From: a virus | Taxonomy: Duplodnaviria > Caudoviricetes | Direction: 5' to 3' (one strand) | IMG/VR virus record: IMGVR_UViG_3300022183_000025 | Coordinates: 1 to 34,766 of that record | DNA length: 34,766 nucleotides | Shown: positions 1-6,906 of the stretch, piece after piece | Layout: each line of letters opens with the position of its first letter | How positions within the stretch are numbered: the stretch's first letter is position 1 | Translations under genes and position numbers: made by a program | Notes under the pieces: generated by a model | Told to the model about the DNA's origin: nothing | Database searches by the model: none | Seen by the model: only the letters and a program-made list of their open reading frames with translations

Positions 1-2
1 GT

Positions 3-419
3 CAAGTTAATTCTAACTATGGAGCTCAATGGGAAAGACGTGGTCAATTAGACAAAGTTATAAAAATGCTAAGACGTAACCCAGACACTAGGCAAGCTAC
101 GATATCTATATATGATGGCAAAGAAATCGATCAATATAAATATGATACCCCTTGTACTTATGCAATACAGTTCACTGTTGTAAACGATAAACTGAATATG
201 TGTGTGACGATGCGATCTAACGATCTCTGGTACGGTTTCTGCAATGATCAGTATTGTTTTGCAAGACTGCAACAGATGGTATCAGAGGAGACAGATTATG
301 AACTAGGATATTATTATCATTTTGCACACAACTTACATTTGTATGAAAAAGATTTAGGAAAGTTTTTACCGCAAAAGCCTGATAATCTGCTACAAAGAAA
401 ACATGATATATATGGATAA
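3..419 (+). CDS. Thymidylate synthase-fold enzyme, 5'-truncated; probably dCMP hydroxymethylase/methylase type
   Basis: The frame is open from base 3 (QVNSNYGAQW...QLDKVIKML), so the ATG at 66 is internal. TS-family motifs: DTRQA, catalytic PC (Cys codon 153-155), MRSNDLWYGFCND (210-248) and HNLHLYE. Asp occupies the ThyA Asn177 position. Confidence 0.85.
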   Translation, partial: QVNSNYGAQWERRGQLDKVIKMLRRNPDTRQATISIYDGKEIDQYKYDTPCTYAIQFTVVNDKLNMCVTMRSNDLWYGFCNDQYCFARLQQMVSEETDYELGYYYHFAHNLHLYEKDLGKFLPQKPDNLLQRKHDIYG

Positions 420-1236
420 AGAAATAACATATTATTTATACCACATCCCGGGTAAAAAGATTGGTGTAACACGTAATATTAATAAGAGAGTTACACAACA
501 ACAGGGATATACCCTAGACGAAATAGAAGTTCTAGATCAAAGCACAGATATCGATTATATATCAAGCCGCGAGTTAGAACTTCAAAAGTCTTACGGCTAT
601 AGAGTCGACCTTAAACCTTATAAACAATTATTTAAAATGAAAGTAAACGCAACCGAACAAACCTCAACATTTCCTGTACCATTAGACAAACTTAAAGGTA
701 GACTTATGGATTCACTAGGATTAACATGGGAAACAATCCATGGCAAGTTTGAAGTAACTAAAGAAACAGTAGAATGGATAATGAAAAACGCATCTACGTC
801 TATGTTTAATAAAAATAGATCTTATATATATAATAAAGCTTTTTACGAAGCTTTCTTAAACGAAACTAAAAGCGAAATTCAATCTTTTTATGATCAACTA
901 AAAGATAGACCATCCAAACAAAACGGTCACGCTTGGGTTGAGTCTGATAGGTTTCAATTAATAAGAGATTGGGCTGGATCAAGAGGCTTATATAGTAAAG
1001 GTGATACTAAAACTCAATTCTGTAAGTTAATGGAAGAAGCAGGTGAGCTTGGTAGAGCTATACTAAAAGATGATGAAGCTGAATTTGTAGATGCTGTAGG
1101 TGATATGGTTGTGGTGTTAACAAACCTAGCTCATTTAAGAGGAGTATCTATTGAACACTGTATTGATTCAGCATATAAAGTTATATCAAACAGAAAAGGT
1201 AAAATGGTTAATGGTACATTTGTAAAAGATGAGTGA
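403..1236 (+). CDS. Fusion of a GIY-YIG-like N-terminal domain, an unknown middle domain and a C-terminal MazG-like NTP pyrophosphohydrolase
   Basis: The C-terminus has MazG motifs KLMEEAGEL...DAVGD...LTNLA...AYKVISNRKGKMVNGTFVK. The N-terminus YYLYHIPGKKIGVT...R...E resembles GIY-YIG. The start could be 403 or 412, and there is an internal ATG at 637. Confidence 0.8.
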   Translation: MIYMDKEITYYLYHIPGKKIGVTRNINKRVTQQQGYTLDEIEVLDQSTDIDYISSRELELQKSYGYRVDLKPYKQLFKMKVNATEQTSTFPVPLDKLKGRLMDSLGLTWETIHGKFEVTKETVEWIMKNASTSMFNKNRSYIYNKAFYEAFLNETKSEIQSFYDQLKDRPSKQNGHAWVESDRFQLIRDWAGSRGLYSKGDTKTQFCKLMEEAGELGRAILKDDEAEFVDAVGDMVVVLTNLAHLRGVSIEHCIDSAYKVISNRKGKMVNGTFVKDE

Positions 1237-1333
1237 TTATCAACAAACAATGACAGCTATAATAGCCATACAAATCGTAGGCTTTTTAATAATATTTATA
1301 TGGACAAAAACAGATGACAGAAAAAACAATTAA
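1229..1333 (+). CDS. Small single-pass membrane peptide (34 aa), absent from the ORF track
   Basis: Hand translation: MSDYQQTMTAIIAIQIVGFLIIFIWTKTDDRKNN*. The ATG overlaps the upstream stop (ATGAGTGA), the ORF fills the gap and it has one hydrophobic helix. Confidence 0.6.
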   Translation: MSDYQQTMTAIIAIQIVGFLIIFIWTKTDDRKNN

Positions 1334-1601
1334 ATTCAGAGACCCAGTAGTTGAAACAGTAGTAGATAAATTTGTAGGTAGATCAGACGTAGGCTTTAAA
1401 AAATACGGCCAAACGTTAGATAAAGAACGCAAAACAGGCGTTAAAGACTTAGCAGGTTATTTAAACGATGTACAAGAAGAACTAATGGATGCAATATTAT
1501 ATATTCAAGCAGCTAAAGATGAGCTAACGGAAGCTAAAGACAGAGTTTATGGCAAAAGTATTAACGGTTTACCATATTATGTCTCGGATATTGCGTCGTA
1601 A
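1314..1601 (+). CDS. Small all-alpha NTP-pyrophosphatase (MazG/dimeric dUTPase-like) protein
   Basis: Pattern RSDVGFKKYGQTL...YLNDVQEELMDAILY includes an EExxD acidic motif. It lies within the nucleotide-metabolism cluster. Confidence 0.55.
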   Translation: MTEKTIKFRDPVVETVVDKFVGRSDVGFKKYGQTLDKERKTGVKDLAGYLNDVQEELMDAILYIQAAKDELTEAKDRVYGKSINGLPYYVSDIAS

Positions 1602-2031
1602 AAAGCGCGGTCCGGTTAGAGCTAAAAAGAAAGTTGTAGATGGTATAGAATTTAAGTCAGGACTTGAAGCATATATGTATAAAGCTTTGAAAGAAGCAGG
1701 TATACAGGCAGAGTACGAAGGGGTAAAGTATGAACTTACCCCTTCATTTGACTTTAACAACGAATGTTATGAGCGACAAGGAAATGGAAAGGGCGAGTAT
1801 AAGAATCGCGGAGGCAAAAAAATACTTAAGATCTCTTATACACCTGATTTTACAGGAACAGGATTTATCATTGAGTGTAAGGGAAGAGCAAACGAATCTT
1901 TTCCTATACGTTGGAAACTATTTAAGAAATATGTCAGCGAACGACTTAATAGCGTTACTCTATATAAACCACAAAATCAAAAAGAATGCGACGAAACCGT
2001 GAGCCTAATACTTGGGAAAAAAAAGAATTAG
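1579..2031 (+). CDS. T7 endonuclease I-like Holliday junction resolvase (PD-(D/E)xK)
   Basis: Motifs FKSGLE, YTPDF, IIECKG and RWK. The ATG at 1579 is favoured over 1549 because it gives a shorter overlap with the upstream gene. Confidence 0.8.
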   Translation: MSRILRRKKRGPVRAKKKVVDGIEFKSGLEAYMYKALKEAGIQAEYEGVKYELTPSFDFNNECYERQGNGKGEYKNRGGKKILKISYTPDFTGTGFIIECKGRANESFPIRWKLFKKYVSERLNSVTLYKPQNQKECDETVSLILGKKKN

Positions 2032-2177
2032 CTAGAAAAAAATATGCAGAAAGACAATTAGAAAAATTTATTAAATGGAGTATAGATAACAAAGGTTATC
2101 TAAAATACAAAGAACTTATAGAATATGAAAGAAAGTACTCTGCTAGAAATGCAGAAAAAAATAACGGCATTAACTAA
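1986..2177 (+). CDS. Hypothetical basic protein
   Basis: 63-aa ORF that fills the gap between the resolvase and the next gene; start uncertain. Confidence 0.4.
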   Translation: MRRNREPNTWEKKELARKKYAERQLEKFIKWSIDNKGYLKYKELIEYERKYSARNAEKNNGIN

Positions 2178-2364
2178 TGTTGTGCAACACCTAATGCAGG
2201 AGATTAATTATTTAAGAGATCTTAGTGTAGGAACATTAGAAACAGTTAAGCTTATGCCTGACTATGAAAACGCAATCAACGCTTTAAAAGCTAAGATGGA
2301 GGAAGAAGTTAAACAAAAACAAAAGGAGAAAAAAGATGGAGCTATCGAACAAGATACTAAGTGA
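2125..2364 (+). CDS. Hypothetical coiled-coil protein
   Basis: 79-aa ORF with a heptad-like pattern, overlapping the RNR start in the same operon. Confidence 0.6.
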   Translation: MKESTLLEMQKKITALTNVVQHLMQEINYLRDLSVGTLETVKLMPDYENAINALKAKMEEEVKQKQKEKKDGAIEQDTK

Positions 2365-4198
2365 TGTAACAGTTTATATGAAATATGCAAAATACATCCC
2401 TGAATTAAGCCGTAGGGAGACATGGGACGAGTTAGTAACACGTAACATGAATATGCATATTAAAAAATATCCTGAGCTCACAGACGACATTAAAACAACA
2501 TATAAATTAGTCTATGAAAAAAAGATTTTACCAAGTATGCGATCACTTCAGTTCGGAGGTAAGCCGATTGAAATATCACCTAATCGTGTTTATAATTGCG
2601 CTTATTTACCTATCGATCATATTGAATCGTTTAATGAGGTTATGTTTTTATTACTTGGTGGAACCGGAGTTGGATACTCTGTTCAAGATCACCATGTTAA
2701 AAAGCTAGAACCAGTAAATAAACCTTATAGTAAAAGAACTAGAAGATTTTTAATAGGTGACTCAATTGAAGGTTGGGCAGATGCTATTAAAGTATTAATG
2801 AAATCATATCTTGGTGAAAAAAGAAGTTCACGTGTAGAGTTTGACTACTCTGATATACGCCCTAAGGGTGCAATGTTAGTAACGTCTGGTGGTAAAGCAC
2901 CTGGACCTCAACCGCTTAAAGAATGTATAGTAAAAATAACAGGAGTTTTAGACTCAAAGGAGGATGGCGATATGCTCTCCACTATAGAAGTACACGATAT
3001 AGTTTGCCATATTGCAGACGCCGTCTTAGCTGGTGGAATACGTCGAGCAGCTTTGATAAGTCTGTTCTCAGCGGACGACGAGGAGATGATCTCTTGCAAG
3101 TCTGGAAATTGGTGGGAAACAAATCCACAAAGAGGAAGAGCGAATAACTCTGCTGTTCTTATGAGACATAAAATAACTAAAGAGTTTTTTATGGACTTAT
3201 GGAAACGTGTAGAATTATCAGGTGCAGGTGAACCTGGAATATATTTTAATAATGATAAAGACTGGGGTACAAACCCTTGTTGTGAAATAGCTTTACGACC
3301 ATATCAGTTTTGTAACCTATGTGAAGTAAATGCTAGTGATATTGAATCACAAGAAGATTTAAATAACAGAGTGAAAGCAGCTGCGTTCATAGGAACTTTA
3401 CAAGCTGGATATACGGACTTTCACTATTTAAGAGACGTATGGAAAGAAACAACAGAAAAAGACGCGTTGATAGGAGTATCGATGACGGGGATAGGATCTG
3501 GCACGGTGTTAGGATACGACATGAAGAAAGCCGCTCAATTAGTAAAACGAGAAAACGCAAGAGTCGCGAAAGTGATTGGAATTAATTCTGCAGCTAGATG
3601 CACAACCGTAAAGCCTGCTGGGACGACTTCTCTGGCGTTAGGAACTTCATCTGGTATTCATGCATGGCATAATGATTATTATATCCGTAGAGTTAGAGTT
3701 GGTAAGAACGAAAGTATATACAAATACTTAGCTACAAACCATCCTGCTTTAATTGAAGATGAGTATTTTAGACCTCACGATACCGCTGTTATTAGTATAC
3801 CACAAAAAGCACCTGAAGGTTCTATACTTAGAACTGAATCACCATTTCAATTGCTTGAAAGAATAAAACAAGTAGCAACTGAATGGGTTGCGCCTGGTCA
3901 TAGAAAAGGTAGCAACACTCATAATGTTTCAGCTACGGTTAGTTTAAAAACTGAAGAATGGGAAACAGCTGGAGAGTGGATGTGGGATAACAGGAAACAC
4001 TATAATGGTTTATCTGTATTACCTTACGACGGTGGAACTTATACACAAGCTCCATTTGAAGATATAACCGAAGGTGAATATATTAACATGTTACAACACT
4101 TAACTGATATAAACTTAGAAAATGTTATCGAGACTGAAGACAACACTGATCTTAGTGGTGAGCTTGCTTGTGCTGGTGGTGCTTGTGAAATTACTTAA
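2336..4198 (+). CDS. nrdJ: Class II (adenosylcobalamin-dependent, RTPR-type) ribonucleotide reductase
   Basis: Motifs LPSMRSLQFGG, YNCAY, GGIRRAA, GEPG, catalytic TNPCCEI (~3270-3290), TTVKPAGT and C-terminal CAGGAC. No beta-subunit gene is adjacent. Confidence 0.93.
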   Translation: MELSNKILSDVTVYMKYAKYIPELSRRETWDELVTRNMNMHIKKYPELTDDIKTTYKLVYEKKILPSMRSLQFGGKPIEISPNRVYNCAYLPIDHIESFNEVMFLLLGGTGVGYSVQDHHVKKLEPVNKPYSKRTRRFLIGDSIEGWADAIKVLMKSYLGEKRSSRVEFDYSDIRPKGAMLVTSGGKAPGPQPLKECIVKITGVLDSKEDGDMLSTIEVHDIVCHIADAVLAGGIRRAALISLFSADDEEMISCKSGNWWETNPQRGRANNSAVLMRHKITKEFFMDLWKRVELSGAGEPGIYFNNDKDWGTNPCCEIALRPYQFCNLCEVNASDIESQEDLNNRVKAAAFIGTLQAGYTDFHYLRDVWKETTEKDALIGVSMTGIGSGTVLGYDMKKAAQLVKRENARVAKVIGINSAARCTTVKPAGTTSLALGTSSGIHAWHNDYYIRRVRVGKNESIYKYLATNHPALIEDEYFRPHDTAVISIPQKAPEGSILRTESPFQLLERIKQVATEWVAPGHRKGSNTHNVSATVSLKTEEWETAGEWMWDNRKHYNGLSVLPYDGGTYTQAPFEDITEGEYINMLQHLTDINLENVIETEDNTDLSGELACAGGACEIT

Positions 4199-4201
4199 CT
4201 A

Positions 4202-4777
4202 ATGGAAGAAGCAAAAGAATATTATAATGAAGTATACAGATCTGGCGGAGCTGGGTCTGTATATCTACTTCCAGCAGAAGAAGTTAAATTTTACTATCCT
4301 AATTGGAAAATAGCATATGATTATATAGTAAGAAATAAAGTCAACAGCATAGTAGATTTAGGCTGTGGACCTGGTCATTTTTCAAGTTTGTTTAGTGAAT
4401 CTAGCACAACAATCAATGCTTATGATTTTTCTGATGAAGCTATTTCACAGGCTAAAAAGCGTAATAAAACTAATAAAAATACTACTTTCCATGTTGAAGA
4501 TTTAAAAAACACTAACTTAAAAGATAAAGGTACTTTTTTTACTGCTTTTGAATTTTTAGAACATATTGAGTGGGACTTAGATATAATAAGCAAAATTAGT
4601 AGTGGATCTACAATAATATTTAGTGTACCAAGTTATGATGCTAAAGGTCATGTAAGATTTTTTAACAATGAAAAAGAAGTAGAAAATAGATATGGTAAAT
4701 TACTAAATTTAGATTTACTTAATATACATAAGTTTGGTAAACAAAAAATATTTTTATATAAAGGAGAAAGAATATGA
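4202..4777 (+). CDS. Class I SAM-dependent methyltransferase, small-molecule/glycan type
   Basis: Motif I IVDLGCGPG, then AYDFS, FEFLEHI and IFSVP. No DPPY/NPPY or C5-MTase PC motif. Confidence 0.88.
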   Translation: MEEAKEYYNEVYRSGGAGSVYLLPAEEVKFYYPNWKIAYDYIVRNKVNSIVDLGCGPGHFSSLFSESSTTINAYDFSDEAISQAKKRNKTNKNTTFHVEDLKNTNLKDKGTFFTAFEFLEHIEWDLDIISKISSGSTIIFSVPSYDAKGHVRFFNNEKEVENRYGKLLNLDLLNIHKFGKQKIFLYKGERI

Positions 4778-5508
4778 GAACTTTATGCATACTTACTATT
4801 TACAACGAAATTAAATTCCTTCCTTATAAGCTACAGTACTGTAAAGACAACGATTTAGATCTGTATGTAATAGATAACATGTCTAATGACGGTAGTTGGG
4901 AATGGTTACAAGATAATAATATTAAGTCTCATAGATTTGACACTAATGGGATGTTTTATTTGAAAGCTCTTCAAAAGGAAATGGTAAAAACAGTTCATGA
5001 AGAAAAACCTGATTGGGCAATTTATAATGGGTGTGATTTATTTCCTTTGGTAAAAGGTAGTTTAGGTAAAAAACTAGAAGAAATAAATAAAGAAGGTTAC
5101 AACTTAGCTACTATAGATTATTTAATGTTTTGTAACACTGGTGAAGAACGTTCTAATCCTTTTACTACTTATTTTCATTTCCATGGTTTAAGAAGTTTAA
5201 TGATGATACACAAGTATGATCCTAAATTCGACTACTATGGAGACGCAGTTAAAATTAGTGCGCAAAATAAAATATATAATCTCGAAGGTGTAATGCCTAA
5301 CTATGGATGTACTAAAACAAAAGAAGAAAGAGATGAAACATATGCTAGAAGAAAAAAAGCTTGGGATGCTGGTGTAACTCTGAAAGGTCATGGTATACAC
5401 TACAAAGGTGGAAAAGAAATAAATTGGCTATGGGAAAAGGATAAACTAACAGATGTTAGAAATACTAAATATTATGAGTTTATAAAGAACGCTAGTTTCT
5501 ACAAATAA
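4774..5508 (+). CDS. GT-A fold (GT2-like) glycosyltransferase
   Basis: N-terminal IYNE...YVIDNMSNDGSWEWL, and PDWAIYNGCDLF at the (degenerate) DxD position. ATGA overlap with the methyltransferase stop. Confidence 0.75.
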   Translation: MRTLCILTIYNEIKFLPYKLQYCKDNDLDLYVIDNMSNDGSWEWLQDNNIKSHRFDTNGMFYLKALQKEMVKTVHEEKPDWAIYNGCDLFPLVKGSLGKKLEEINKEGYNLATIDYLMFCNTGEERSNPFTTYFHFHGLRSLMMIHKYDPKFDYYGDAVKISAQNKIYNLEGVMPNYGCTKTKEERDETYARRKKAWDAGVTLKGHGIHYKGGKEINWLWEKDKLTDVRNTKYYEFIKNASFYK

Positions 5509-5509
5509 T

Positions 5510-5538
5510 AAAAGGGAGGTCTTACGGCCTCCCTTTTT
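5510..5538. terminator. Bidirectional intrinsic terminator between the convergent arms
   Basis: AAAA-GGGAGGTC-TTAC-GGCCTCCC-TTTTT: a GC-rich stem with an A-tract on the left and a T-tract on the right, just after the stop at 5508. Confidence 0.88.
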
Positions 5539-5570
5539 GGTTACAGGAACTTTGGGTATGGTGCCCAGTA

Positions 5571-6221
5571 TTAAGTGTTCCTTAAAGAATTATAAAAATC
5601 TTTATCTAAACAATGTTTATTAAACCATTCAAAGCTTCCTTGTTTTGTCATCTGAGGATGCTTTGTATTATGTCCACTACCACCGCTTAAACCTATGCCA
5701 TGTTTAATACCTATAGCTAGCACTTCATTTGTAGGAAAGTATAATCCACCTTTTGTTTGATTATTTTTTGATCTAAATATATGTAGGTCAAACCAAGGGT
5801 CATTATCTTTAGGATAAGTAATGTTATAGGGTAATTTTAATAAAGAGCAAAAAGCTGAAGCTCTACCTGGATGCCTCATGTGAAAATTACTTTTAGTGAA
5901 TATATTATAATAATACGTTTCATAGGCTCCAAATACATCTGGCTTTAAGTCTTCTTGCCAAGCTTTAGTTATCCACTCTATATATTTAGGATGATACCAA
6001 TCATCATCTTCCCATAGCAAAGCATACTCATGACCGTTTTCTGTAGCTTTTTCTATTCCATATTTGTATCTCTGTGTTAAATCCTTGTCTTTAGATTTAG
6101 GTTCATAGTCTACTACTATTACTTCATCAGGTTGTTTTGTTTGAGATTTAATTATATTCCAATATTGATCTTTAAAAACAGGTCTATCTCCTCTTGTAGG
6201 CGTTATTAAGCAAAAGCTCAC
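5571..6221 (-). CDS. GT-A fold (GT2-like) glycosyltransferase
   Basis: Motifs ITPTRGDR, QTKQPDEVIVVD and LLWEDDDWY (DxD). It is the last gene of the - operon. Confidence 0.8.
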   Translation of the reverse strand: MSFCLITPTRGDRPVFKDQYWNIIKSQTKQPDEVIVVDYEPKSKDKDLTQRYKYGIEKATENGHEYALLWEDDDWYHPKYIEWITKAWQEDLKPDVFGAYETYYYNIFTKSNFHMRHPGRASAFCSLLKLPYNITYPKDNDPWFDLHIFRSKNNQTKGGLYFPTNEVLAIGIKHGIGLSGGSGHNTKHPQMTKQGSFEWFNKHCLDKDFYNSLRNT

Positions 6222-6496
6222 TTTTTCTTTTTATGTTTATTACAAAAACTCCTAGCAGCTTCCTTGCTACCAAATCCCCATTTTTTAAGAGCCATTTTTA
6301 AATTACTAGGTTCTCCATTAGGTTTTTTCATACCACCTTTCATACCTCCAAATCTACAGGCAAATTTAATTCTAGCAGGAGCAGTCCCGCTAGTATGTCT
6401 CTTACTTAGTGTTTTACCTGTTTCTTTTTTGTGTTTAGCTCGCATTTTTCTATTACGAGCTTCATACCTTGCGTCTACACTTTTTTTCTTAGCCAT
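6218..6496 (-). CDS. Small, highly basic phage protein
   Basis: 92 aa, K/R-rich, with motif FACRFGGMKGGMKKPNGEP...ALKKWG. Start and stop overlap the neighbours on both sides. Confidence 0.75.
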   Translation of the reverse strand: MAKKKSVDARYEARNRKMRAKHKKETGKTLSKRHTSGTAPARIKFACRFGGMKGGMKKPNGEPSNLKMALKKWGFGSKEAARSFCNKHKKKK

Positions 6497-6645
6497 TACT
6501 TTTTCTTTTTCCCTATTTTAACACAGTTATTAACCATTTTTATCTTACCAGATCTAGTTTTTTTACCACTAGGTGATTTCTTCTTACCTTTCGCTACATA
6601 CCCAGGCCAACAAGTGTTTTTCTTTTTACCTTTCTTTTTTACCAT
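6496..6645 (-). CDS. 49-aa lysine-rich CWxGY...NCV protein, absent from the ORF track
   Basis: Hand translation: MVKKKGKKKNTCWPGYVAKGKKKSPSGKKTRSGKIKMVNNCVKIGKKKK*. Its TAA overlaps the next ATG (TAATG at 6494-6498). Confidence 0.8.
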   Translation of the reverse strand: MVKKKGKKKNTCWPGYVAKGKKKSPSGKKTRSGKIKMVNNCVKIGKKKK

Positions 6646-6904
6646 CTGTTAACTCTTTATCTATATCTCTACACCAGTCTCTTAATTCTTTGACTTCGTT
6701 TTCTAATCTATTTATATGATCCGTGTGCCAGTCTTGTTTTAAGTCGTATTCTATACGATCTATTACAGCTTCAGGCATTGCTTTAGCTTCAGTTATGTCG
6801 TCTTGTAATGTGTAATACATACCTACAAATGATGAGGTAATTATTATTATACTTAATATAGTTTTAATATCTATTTTAAACTCAGTTCCTTCACTTATTT
6901 TCAT
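6626..6904 (-). CDS. Small membrane-anchored coiled-coil protein, possibly lysis-related
   Basis: Hydrophobic helix ILSIIIITSSFVGMYY followed by a charged helical C-terminus. Confidence 0.7.
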   Translation of the reverse strand: MKISEGTEFKIDIKTILSIIIITSSFVGMYYTLQDDITEAKAMPEAVIDRIEYDLKQDWHTDHINRLENEVKELRDWCRDIDKELTDGKKER

Positions 6905-6906
6905 TT

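Noticed and set aside
4202-4777. Methyltransferase as a DNA (restriction-modification) MTase
   Set aside because: It has no DPPY/NPPY or PC/ENV motifs and no target-recognition domain; size and motifs fit small-molecule MTases.
69-5400. Alternative-frame or antisense ORFs in the + arm (69-272, 1569-1760, 1730-2002, 2514-2708, 2908-3099, 2923-3147, 5197-5400)
   Set aside because: They lie within or across genes with clear family motifs and have no independent support.
6626-6904. Definite holin or spanin call
   Set aside because: It has only one TM helix, with no adjacent endolysin or lipoprotein partner in the window, so it is left as a membrane protein.
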